Shown here: positions 24,745 through 36,020 of the stretch, one piece after another
How the letters are laid out: every line of letters begins with the position of its first letter
Position numbering within the stretch: position 1 is the stretch's first letter
Assembly: GCA_964016885.1 (NCBI GenBank)
Contig: OZ024743.1
Coordinates: 218,674,001 to 218,738,000, forward strand
From: Eledone cirrhosa
Taxonomy: Eukaryota
Direction: 5' to 3'
Length of the DNA: 64,000 nucleotides
Made by a program: the position numbers and the translations under genes
Notes under the pieces: generated by a model
Seen by the model: the letters and a program-made list of their open reading frames with translations, nothing else
Database searches by the model: none
What the model was told of the DNA's origin: nothing

Positions 24745-25000
24745 ATCTCCTCCCCTTTTTCATCCTTTCCACACCCCCCCTCTCTAAATAAAATATTTTT
24801 CCCAATATCACACATCAATCTAAAACCACTTTTCATATGTTGATTTAAAACTGCACTATCCACAAGTGTTTTTTAGCCTTCATATCATGTTCTCCTGTTT
24901 TATCTGATGAAAACACAAATATTATTGCATGATGATGTTTGTTTTTGAAATGCGCATAATAAAATACATGGAACTCCTTTAACCATCTTTTGATCTTATA
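24745..25000 (+). mobile_element. Inverted pLTR at the 5' end of the Naiad element
   Basis: Reverse complement of the 3'UTR of the 15050-16200 copy. Confidence 0.8.
24897..24965 (+). ncRNA. Type-I hammerhead ribozyme (same family as 15086-15154)
   Basis: gttttat-CTGATGA-aaacacaaatattatt gc atgatgatgtttgttttt-GAAA-tgcgca-TA-ataaaat. Confidence 0.8.
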
Positions 25001-25088
25001 TTATGTATACTCCAGTCCTACAAACTGTAGAGTGCTTCTTATCCGATATCTGCATTGCTTTATTGTACTACAATAAAACTCACCTCCT

Positions 25089-25232
25089 ACATATATATAT
25101 ATATATACATATATATACATATATATACATATATATATACATATATATACATATATATATATATACATATACACACATATATACATATATATATACATAT
25201 ATATACATATATATATATATACATATACACAC

Positions 25233-25277
<45 letters not shown>

Positions 25278-25494
25278 TATACATATATATATATATACAT
25301 ATACACACATATATATACATATATATATATATATACATATATATACATATATATATATATACATATACACACATATATATATATACATATATACACACAT
25401 ATATATACATATATATATATATACATATACACACATATATATACATACATACATATACACACATATATATACATATATATATATACATACATAT

Positions 25495-25545
<51 letters not shown>

Positions 25546-25582
25546 CATATATATATACATATATATATACATATATATATAC

Positions 25583-25615
<33 letters not shown>

Positions 25616-25640
25616 CATATATATATACATATATATATAC

Positions 25641-25671
<31 letters not shown>

Positions 25672-25686
25672 CATATATATATATAC

Positions 25687-25719
<33 letters not shown>

Positions 25720-25727
25720 CATATATA
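25089..25727. repeat. (TA)n/(TACA) microsatellite
   Basis: Direct observation. Confidence 0.95.
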
Positions 25728-25728
25728 A

Positions 25729-26067
25729 TGGAGGCACATGGCTTAGTGGTTAGAGCATTGGCCTTGCAATCGAAAGGTTGTGAGTTCAAATCTCAGACCG
25801 GGTGATGTGTTGTTTCCTTGAGCAAGGCACTTTATTTCACATTGCTCCAGTTTACTCAGCTGTAGAAATGAGATGATAGGGACTGGGGTCCCTATCATTC
25901 CACTGCAAAGTGGTCGTGGAGGTGCCACGGCAAAAAAGCACCCAGCACTCACTGTAAATGAGGTTGGTGTTAGGAAGGGCATCCAGCTGTAGAAATCAAG
26001 CCAGAATCAGTTCCCGTCCCACCCTTGCAGGGAAAAAGCGGACGTAAAATGAAATGATGATGATGAT
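25729..26067 (+). mobile_element. tRNA-derived SINE with RTE-type tail
   Basis: Pol III A box TGGCTTAGTGG, B box GAGTTCAAATC, central TCCTTGAGCAAGGCACTT domain and (GAT)n tail. Confidence 0.9.
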
Positions 26068-26075
26068 ATATATAC

Positions 26076-26120
<45 letters not shown>

Positions 26121-26129
26121 CATATATAC

Positions 26130-26206
<77 letters not shown>

Positions 26207-26209
26207 CAT

Positions 26210-26558
26210 ATCATCATCATCATCATCATCATCATTTTACGTCTGCCTCTCCCTGCTTGCAAGGGTGGGACGGGAACTGATTCTGGCTTGATTTCTACAG
26301 CTGGATGCCCTTCCTAACACCAACCTCATTTACAGTGAGTGCTGGGTGCTTTTTTGCCGTGGCACCTCCACGACCACTTTGCAGTGGAATGATAGGGACC
26401 CCAGTCCCTATCATCTCATTTCTACAGCTGAGTAAACTGGAGCAATGTGAAATAAAGTGTCTTGCTCAAGGAAACAACACATCACCCGGTCTGAGAATTG
26501 AACTCACAACCTTTCGATTGCAAGGCCAATGCTCTAACCACTAAGCCATGTGCCTCCA
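26210..26558 (-). mobile_element. tRNA-derived SINE, inverted partner of 25729-26067
   Basis: Near-perfect reverse complement of the previous SINE. Confidence 0.9.
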
Positions 26559-26560
26559 TA

Positions 26561-26594
<34 letters not shown>

Positions 26595-26656
26595 CATATA
26601 TATATACACATATATATATACACATATATATATACACATATATATATATATACAGA

Positions 26657-28097
26657 TATCATCATCATCATTTTACGTCCGCTTTTCCCTGCTTGCAAGG
26701 GTGGGACGGGTCTTATTCAGAACAGCATCTCTCCACTCGTCACGGTCCTTCGTCATCTCCACTGAGCTTCAATGATCTGAGGTCTGTTCTCACCACCTCC
26801 ACCCATGTTTTTCGTGGTCTACCTCTACCATGTCTTCCTTCAACTGGCATTTCCTGGCACTTCTTCACCCATCGGTCATCCTCCATGCGCATCACATGTC
26901 CATACCACCTCAGTCTCCTCTCCCGTACACTACATTCTATCCCTCTCAGACACAGTTTCTCTCTCAACACATTTATGCTGGGTCGTTCACGCACATTTAC
27001 ACTGCACATCCAACGGAACATGCTTGCCTCATTTCTCTCCAGCCGTCGCATATCCTCTGCAGTTGCTGCCCATGTCTCACTACCATGCAGCATCGCGCTC
27101 CTCACACAGGCATCATACAACCGGCCTTTCGTACGCAGGGAGAAACCCTTCTTCGTCAACAGAGGAAGCAGCTCCCTAAACTTCTTCTAACCCGTCCTTA
27201 TTCTAGATACTATGGCCTCGGAACACCGTCCTCCCATGCTAATCTGATCTCCTAGGTACCGGAAGCTATCCACCTCTATAGCGCCCTCCTGCATTTGAAA
27301 AATGTGTCTATCAATGCGACTTCTACTGTCTAATTTCCCTGTACATCTACTGCATACATATTTGTCCCTACCTGTTAGTTTGCCTGCTATCCCACTATAT
27401 CTCTTGTGTACCCAGGATCTGCATTGTGTGCATTTTATAGAATTTATGCCAGTTCCTTTTCTGCATATCGAACATGGCCATTTCCCTGATGGAATCAGAG
27501 TTTTTTCCTCTTTTCTACTCATCAACACTTTTGTCTTAGCTAGGTTCACTCTCAGTCCTCTTGCTTCCAACTGCTGTTTCCATAGCCAGAATTTATTCTC
27601 TAGCTCCTCTACTGATTCTGCTATAAGAACCAGATCATCAGCATAGAGAAGTTCCCATGGACAGCCAGTCTTAAACTCCTCTGTTATGGCTTGGAGGACT
27701 ATAATGAACAAGAGCAGGCTGAGGACCAAACCTTGATGTGATCCTACTTGTATCTGGAATTCCTCACTGAACTCCATTCCTACCCACACTTTACTGAGAG
27801 TACCTCTCTACAAAGTTTGCACTGTCCTCACAAGCCATTCCTCAACACCTAGCTTCCTTAGGGACCACCAGATGACAGATCGGGGTACCCTATCAAAGGC
27901 CTTCTCTAGGTCAACAAAGGCTAAGTATAGTGGCTTATTTTTCTCTAAGAACCTCTCTTGCAATTGTCTCACCAAGAAGAGGGCATCTGTTGTATTCTTC
28001 CCAGGCACAAAACCAAACTGCATCTCATCTAGTTTGACCCTTTCTCTAATTAGTTGTGCTAATATCCTTTCTGCCACCTTCATAACCTGATCTATCA
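26657..28097 (-). mobile_element. RTE LINE, sister subfamily (PHD-in-RT), frameshifted
   Basis: ORF pieces 27808-28098, 27187-27789 and 26740-27159, with a (GAT)n tail. Same subfamily as 50527-51575. Confidence 0.9.
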
Positions 28098-28392
28098 AAG
28101 TTATGTTGGTGCCGCGCCATAGGCCGAAACAAATGAGATCGTGTAGGTGTCACGACAAAAAAACACACAGTCCACGCTGTAATGTGGCTGTGTAGGCAAC
28201 ACGGTAAAAACCTCCCAGACCCACACTGTAAATGTGGTTGGTGTTAGGAAGGGCATCCAACTGTAGAAAACCTGCCAGACAGTCCTATGCGAGCAAGACA
28301 ATCACTCTTGACTCAAGTGGGACTACCCCCGTCCAAACCCATGCAAGCGTGGAACACGGACGTTAAACGTTGATGATGATGATGATGATGAT
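28097..28392 (+). mobile_element. RTE 3'UTR-only copy
   Basis: Matches 20864-21273 with one internal unit fewer. Confidence 0.85.
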
Positions 28393-28763
28393 ATATATGT
28401 ATATATATGTGTGTGCATATATATCTATATATAGGTGCCTGGCTAAAATGTGTTTGCATGTAATTTTGCGTTTATATATGTATGCATGTTTGTATGCGCA
28501 CACACACACACACATATATATATATAGAGAGAGAGAGAAAGAGAGGTACATACTTAAGTTTATGTACATATATATACATATGCATACATATACATACTTA
28601 TGTACCTCTCTATATATATATAACATATGTCATCATTTTTAGATAAGCATTAAAATGTTTATAAATTTAATATACATGCTTACACAAGCATACATATGTA
28701 TATATACAATACATGCACACACAAACATACCCTCATATGCACACATTATTATATACATATACA

Positions 28764-29346
28764 AGGGCGGTGGATTGGCAGTATCGGTGGAGAGTCGGAC
28801 GCCATGCTTTCCAGCATAGTTATGTCCCTTTATGATCTGAGTTCAAATCCCGCCGAGGTTTACTTTGCCTTTCATCCGTACGGGGTCGATAAAATAAAGT
28901 ACCAGTAATGCACTGGATAATTGCTGACTTGTGCCTAAAGTAGAAACAATTATAAGGCAGTGGATTGGTAGTATTGGTAGAGGGTCGGACGCCATGCTTT
29001 CCAGCATAGGTACGTCCCTCTACGATCTGAGTTCAAATCTCGCCGAGGTTGACTTTGCCTTTCATCCTTACAGGGTCGATAAAATAAAGTACCAGTAATG
29101 CACTGGGTAATTGCTGGCCTTGTGCCTAAAGTAGAAACAATTACTATATACATCTTCAGTGGATTGGCAGTATCGGTAGAGGGTCGGACACCATGCTTTG
29201 ACGCATAGAGTTATGGCCCTTGCCATTCTGAGTTCAAATCCCGCTGAGGTTAACTTTGTCTTTCATCCTCACAGGGTCGATAAAATAAAGTACCAGTAAT
29301 GCACTGGGTAATTCTTGGCCTTGTGCCAAAAATAGAAACAATTATT
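28764..29346 (+). mobile_element. Three tandem tRNA-derived SINEs with a Nin-like central domain
   Basis: ~190 bp units at 28764, 28955 and 29158, with B box GAGTTCAAATC and GCCTTTCATCC..GGGGTCGATAAAATAAAGTACCAG. Dispersed copies lie at ~31573, 39758, 55685, 58128 and 61380. Confidence 0.85.
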
Positions 29347-29454
29347 ATATACATCTACAGAAGATGCTAGCACAATAGCAACTCATTCTCCATGTCCTAG
29401 CTTGTCACTTCCCCCACAATCCCAGGCTCTGCTGCCCATGCCTGCAATGTTGAG

Positions 29455-29778
29455 GAGAAAGTCAGAAAACAGCACAGCTCCCATGACATTCAGAAACATT
29501 TTTTCATGCTCAGATTTGCTGAAGTATGGAACAAACTACCTGCATCAGTTGTTAGCTGCCGAGACACTGCATCCTTTAAAACCTCCATGCTTCCTGAAAT
29601 TCGCCAACACTAAACCTGATATCCCCCCCTCCATACACACTCACACATGCATATCATGACTCATACACTGTTCACTTTCCTGACACTTGTACATTATTCT
29701 ATGTACTATACATGCATCTTTGTTGAATTGCAGTGCACCTGAGCACTGTACACAATAATTTCATTATTATTATTATTA
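29455..29778 (+). mobile_element. CR1-group LINE 3' end with (ATT)n tail
   Basis: Manual translation KVRKQHSSHDIQKHFFMLRFAEVWNKLPASVVSCRDTASFK, showing the WNxLP motif. Confidence 0.75.
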
Positions 29779-29789
29779 TGGTCAAATAC

Positions 29790-30220
29790 CAGGGCCTGAC
29801 CAACCACTTTCTCTTTGCACCAGTCTCTGCCGAGAGCTCTGGCATCCTTGGCCTCCAAACTGCTGATTTCCTCTGTAAAGTCGAAAAGATAGCAGCCCAT
29901 TTGTGGAGGGAGCCCCGTGAGGTGGGGTGGTAGTTGCAGCGGGTGACTCTGGCCATTCTCTGTGATAACAGTAAAGCCTTTGCTATCTTGTCCACAGAGC
30001 ATGGCTAAGGCACCACTCAGACTGGGGTATAGTGTCTGTCCCTCCCCTTTCCCTTTCTCTTATTGTTTGATCATTTTTCTATCCTTTTTTTTTCTTTTCA
30101 TTTCCCTTTTCTTCTCCCTTTTCTGTTCCCCTTAGTAGTGTTTTGTTTTTACTAGATACTACTCAATGATTTTATATAATGTCAATGATTTTTCATGACA
30201 TTGAGATTTTATATATTGAA
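29790..30220 (+). mobile_element. CRE-like RLE element 3' end
   Basis: FAPVSAESSGILGLQTADFLCKV...REPREVGW*LQRVTLAIL; 3'UTR shared with 6800-7020. Confidence 0.6.
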
Positions 30221-31088
30221 TATGGTTGTTTTTTATTTCCCTCATTTTATAATAAGAATCTTATTGTCAGTGGATCAGTCACTAACCTATGGTGGTGACT
30301 TCTCAGAAACTCTTTCACACTATTTGTTCTGATGTAGGTCACTACAATGTTGTCTATCACTACAAATCTATTAGTCTGAGAGAGAGGACATATTGAAGCC
30401 GATCATTAAAATAGTACTAAGATTGAGATACAATATATTGTAAAAGATCTACAAACTATAAACTAAAAAAATTTGAGTGCATGGAGGTTACAAAAAGAAC
30501 CTCCTAGCTGCTTTACAGTTTCCCTTGCTTAACATTTTATGCAATCATATTATACGTAAGCCAAATTCTCAAACTTTTAAGCACTGAGAATATATATATC
30601 ATCATCATGATCATCATTTAACAGTCATCTTCCACACTAGCATGGGTTAGATGGGTGTGTCCCATTTGAGGCAAATTTGGTCGGGTGACCATATCATCAT
30701 CATCGTTTTAACATATACTTTCCCTGCTAGCAAGGGTTGGACAGGTCCACACAGAGCAAGTCAATACTGAAGCAAAGCTACTGATCTCCCAGGAAGGCCA
30801 GGCACTGTGTCTCACTTATGTACAGTCTCACATTCATTCGAGTGCTCAGGAGAGGTTGTCATCTCTTTGACACAACGGAGGGTCCACCCAACGCTTTGTT
30901 TGGAAAGATTTTTATGATTGGATGCCCTTCCTATCACCAACCACATTACATCCTTTATACTTCATGCTAGCATGGAAGATGGACGTTAAATGAAGATGAT
31001 GATGATGATGATATATATATATATAAAGAGATGAAGGACACCATCTGATAACTTCATCTGCTCAAAAAATATAGCCATATTTATTTAT

Positions 31089-31260
31089 TACCGTATTTCC
31101 CAGTACCGAAGATGCTTCATCCTCGAGAACGCACTCTAATTTTGACAACCAAAAGTTTGAAAAAAATTAATAAACAACCTTCGGCCTCCAGGACGCATGG
31201 TAGATCTTTTAGATTTATTTTAGGAAAAAAGAAGCTTCTTCGACGCCAGAAAATATGGTG
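31089..31260. mobile_element. pogo/Tigger-like MITE
   Basis: TACCGTATTT...AAATATGGT termini. Confidence 0.55.
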
Positions 31261-31859
31261 TTTATTTATATATCTATTTAATGAATCAAATGAAATGTCC
31301 ATATAGAGCTAATAAGCCATGAAAGACAAGAGGAGCATATCATCCTTTATACTATCATATTGATTTGGTTTTTAAGCTGAGAGCAGTTAAGTTTTTAAAT
31401 GAGATGGAGCCGATCTATAATTGCTATAGCTGAAAGGATCATGTTATGTGGCTCAAAATAGCTGCACTGGAAGATATAGTTGAATAATTGGTAATAATTA
31501 TATTAGATTTTCAGTTAAGAAGAGCTGCATTTAAATTTTAGATTTTATTAAAAGCCTACTATATAAGTAAAAAGGTGGCGAATTGACAGAGTCGTTACAA
31601 CGTCGGATAGAATATTTTATGGTATTCATTCTAGCTCTCTGAGTTCAAATCCCATCCAGGTCAACTTTGCCTTTCATCCTTTCGAGGTCGATAAAAAAAA
31701 GTACCAGTTAACTATTCCACTCTATGGAAAAAATCTGCTGTACTCAGGGATGGGCTCTGCCAGATTTAAAATGCCCAAGAAACGGCATAAGTGAATAAGG
31801 CGCCCCTACGAGTCTATTAGGAGTTGTGAGACCATTACATGCCATACTACATAAGTAAC

Positions 31860-32073
31860 TACCATATATATACGCGAATATAAGCTGAGGAATTTGTGAC
31901 CAAAAAATCTATGGTAAAAATAGGGAGGGGTCAGCTTATATATGCCATCTAAATAATGTGGTGACTAGCTGCCTTGGTTTATAAACAGGGTTTGGATTTT
32001 TGCCTATTTCTCAGACATAAAATAGAGGGGGTGGCTTATGTTCAGATCAACTTATATTCGAGTATAAATGGTA
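31860..32073. mobile_element. pogo/Tc1-like MITE
   Basis: TACCATATATATACGCGAATATAAG ... CTTATATTCGAGTATAAATGGTA inverted termini. Confidence 0.65.
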
Positions 32074-32123
32074 TTTAAGCAGTTGTATGTTAGTTGCTAC
32101 TGTTTGTTGGTGGTAGTGGCTGC

Positions 32124-32157
<34 letters not shown>

Positions 32158-32801
32158 TGGTGGTGATGGTGGTGGTGGTAGTAGTAGTAATGTAGTAGTA
32201 CTAGTAGTAGTAGTAGCAGTAGTAGAAACCAATTTTCAGATTTATCTTATTTTATCTTATTACATTATTCAACATATTCCAATTCAATATGTAACATCAA
32301 TATGCCACTGAAATAAAGCAATGTTAGTTTAACTGCATACATGTGTTGGAATGTATTACATACATGCATATATAATATATATATATATCTATATTATAAA
32401 GCTGATGGCCGTATGTATGTAACAAACTTTTCACCTAACGGCTGGACCAAAAAGCACCTAATTTGCACCATAGATGTAACTTTTTCCAAGTAAGAAAGTG
32501 AGAGTATTTTTGTATTTTTGTAAATTTTGTTAAAAGATTAAAGATATTTTATTGTTTATTTAAATATTCACTTCTTTAAAATGTTCAAATGTCATCACTT
32601 CCGGTTATACATCATTCCTCTTTCTTTCTTAGTCTGTCTTTTTAGATAGATACATAGCTGTAACGTCGCACGCTTATAATATCTGTCTATCTGGCTGCCT
32701 GTCTGCATTGACTTCGCTTCTAACCAACTTTTAATTAATTCAGTGCAAAGATACCGCACGCCTTCTCAATAATTAATTATATATATATGTATATATATAT
32801 A

Positions 32802-33574
32802 TCATCATCACCGTTTTACATCCGTTCTTCCACGCTAGCATGGGTTAGACGGGTTGTCCTGTTGTGGGCAGTGTCTGGTCGGCTGACCATGCCTTGTTCA
32901 TACAGGAACTGATTTGGCTTGATTTCTACAGCTGGATGCCCTTGCTAACACCAACCTCATTTACAGTGAATGTTGGGTGCTTTTTCGTGGCGCCTACACG
33001 TCCACTTTACAGTGTGGGCTGGGTGCTTTTTTGCCGTGGCACCTCCACGACCACCTTGCGGTGGAGGGTGTGGGGGCATATTGTCTATATGCTTCAACTT
33101 GTACCTATGGGAGGTCGGGTACTCTGTATTACTGCGTGACGCCAGAGGTCACGATCGTGTGTCATCGCCTTTGAGAGGTGTAATTGGGTATGGTCGGCTT
33201 TTATCACCTCATCCCAGGTCATCTTGGGTCTCCCCACTCCGTGGTTTCCATCGACTTCTAGTGCTCTGCACCTTTTTATGCAGCTGTCATCCTTCATACG
33301 CATCACATGTCCATACCAGCCCAACCGCCTCTCCTGCACACAGCATTTGATTCCTCTTATGCTCAGTCTCTCTCTCAATTCATTTATGCTTTGTCGTTCA
33401 GGTATATTACTGTTACACATCCATCGGAGCATGCAGGCTTCGTTTCTCTCTAATCTACATAAGTCTTCCACCTTCAGCGCCCAGGTCTCACTACGATGCA
33501 ATGTCGCTGTTCGGATACACGCATCATACAGTCTGCCTTTCATTTTGAGGGAGAAGCCTTTTGCAGCTAGCAGT

Positions 33575-33577
<3 letters not shown>
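32802..33577 (-). mobile_element. RTE LINE 3' fragment (third subfamily)
   Basis: ORF 33094-33543 is homologous to the RTE C-terminus; (GAT)n tail. Confidence 0.9.
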
Positions 33578-33642
<65 letters not shown>

Positions 33643-33989
33643 GTAATAATAATAAATGTGAAGACTAAAACCCAAAGAGGGCTCGATAAGGATAAATATA
33701 TATCAAATATATAAGAACCCTAGAGCAAATATTGTTCGCATTGCTGACGTATTATCTTCGCTTTTTTCCGTTCATTGCCAGGGAACATCTTCATGAACCA
33801 AAGTATCGTCTTCCTGTTTTCCTTCGGTTGCAACGTTTTTCGAAATATTTACTTCTGCGTTCACAGTTGATTTTTTTAAGTTTCAGAGGATACCGTTAAG
33901 GGTGAAAGCGGCGATTCTTTGCTTAAACTTTAATCTGTTATTTTAATATATATATTTATATATATATATATAATTATATATTCGTGTAC

Positions 33990-34632
33990 AGATATTTTTG
34001 CATACACAAAAACAAAATATAAACAAACATATTTATTTCACGAAAGCACAGACGGCTTATCGTCATTGTTACTGCCGATATGCCTGGCCGCAAGATAATA
34101 TTTTTCAGAAGAAAAAATGTTACTAGAGCAACAGAGAGACTAAGCTTCGCGATTACCATCAACAAAGATCAGGGTCAAACCCTAAAAGTGGCTGGCCTTC
34201 ATCTAGGAAAACCATGCTTCTCCCATGGTCAATTGTATGTAGGATGCGCTAGGGTGAGCTCGCCAAACAATCTCTTCATCTTTGCTCCCGATGACCGAAC
34301 AAAGAATATTGTATACTCTGAGGCTCTAACAATGTAATTTATATATTTTCTGTTACTTGGAATTTCCGTTATGGTTGTACAAATTATTGTAAAGTTTGTT
34401 AAAAAATTTGTTCTTTGTTCAGCCTTTATTGTTGTAACTATCAATTTTCTTTAACATACTGGCTGCTGAACTGGGGAATCCTAAAAACTATTCAAACCCT
34501 ACATCAGAGCATGTTAACGCCCCCTCGCTGACTTGAGGGGCATGCGGTATCTTTGCACTGGAGTGGAGGGGGAATCTTGAAAAATAAAATGCCGGTATAC
34601 CTAGCCGGGCGCCTGCCAGACATGCCTGCTAG
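33990..34632 (+). mobile_element. Helitron 3' remnant with PIF1-family helicase C-terminus
   Basis: SFAITINKDQGQTLKVAGLHLGKPCFSHGQLYVGCARV...TKNIVYSEAL; GC-rich subterminal stretch ending CTAG|T at 34629-34633. Confidence 0.85.
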
Positions 34633-34642
34633 TATATATATA

Positions 34643-34681
<39 letters not shown>

Positions 34682-34755
34682 GCATACATACCGTCCAGAC
34701 CCATGCTAACGTGGAAAAATGGACGTTAAACGATGATGATGATGATGATACATAT

Positions 34756-34786
<31 letters not shown>

Positions 34787-34803
34787 CATGTAAACATACA
34801 TAT

Positions 34804-34850
<47 letters not shown>

Positions 34851-34863
34851 CATGTATACATAC

Positions 34864-35310
34864 ATCATCATCATCATCATCGCCGTTTTACATCCATTCT
34901 TCCACGCTAGCATGGGTTAGACGGGTTGTCTCCTGCTGTGAGCAGTGTCCAGTCGGCTGACCTTGGCTTGCTTCTATGGGAACTGATTCAGGCTTGATTT
35001 CTACAGCTGGATGCCCTTCCTAACACCAACCTCATTTACATAGTGAGTGCTGGGTGCTTTTTTTTCCATGGCACCTACACATCCACTTTACAGTGTGGGC
35101 TGGGTGCTTTTTTTGCCGTGACACCTCCACAACCACTTTGCAGTGGAATGATAGGGACCCCAGTCCTATTATCTCATTTCTACAGCTGAGAAACTGGAGC
35201 AATGTAAAATAAAGTGTCTTGCTCAAGGAAACAACACATCACCCGGTCTGAGAATTGAACTCACCTTTCGATTGCAAGCACAATGCTCTAACCACTAAGC
35301 CATGCGCCTT
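34864..35310 (-). mobile_element. tRNA-derived SINE (same head as 25729, different RTE tail)
   Basis: Head matches 26400-26558; tail matches 32802-33050. Confidence 0.85.
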
Positions 35311-36020
35311 ATATATATATATATGATGGCTGCCCCCTTGTTATCGAGTATGGCCATTGCACGATATGCCATTATTAATAATTATTAATTAATTCTATCG
35401 TGCAATGCCTGTGGGTGAAGATATTTTTTAAAGTGAGGAAAGATTGTGCACTGAGCCAATCCCACTCTCTGAGCGACAGTAGCTATAACCCGAAAAGAAG
35501 AAAATATCAACGTTATCAGTAACTACTGCGCCAAGGGTATTATATCGGAGTTATCCCAGTTTCCTGAGTTGCCTTCTCCTAGAAGAATGCCCTGACAAAG
35601 GTTAGGGGTCCTATACATACATATATACATACATCATCATCGTTTAACGTCCATCTTCCACGCTTGCATGGGTTTGGACGGCCTATACATATATATATAT
35701 ATACATGGCGGCTGCCAACTCGTTTTCGAGTACGGCCACTACTTTATATCCATGTAGGAGAACCCCTACCGATGCGCTGAACGAGTGTGACTTTTTAGTC
35801 CAGCCAGCGACTTGAAAACTCTAGTACAAACACTACACTTGTGACAATTATTGATGCATAGTGCTGGGCCCATGGTACGATGTGACAACAAGTGCAGAGA
35901 GATCTCCAGATATAAAGCAATGCCTGTGCCGTGAAGCTTTTATAGTGAGCAAAGGCAGTGCACAAAGCCAGTCCCACTCTCTTGGTTCATATATATACAT
36001 ACATATATACATACATATAT

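Noticed and set aside
25729-25800. tRNA-like sequence with A and B boxes
   Set aside because: It is the head of a multi-copy SINE with no complete cloverleaf or acceptor stem, so not called a tRNA gene.
9125-26317. YI-repeat ORFs (e.g. 9125-9638, 11718-12447, 25001-25789)
   Set aside because: Translations of (TA)n tracts.
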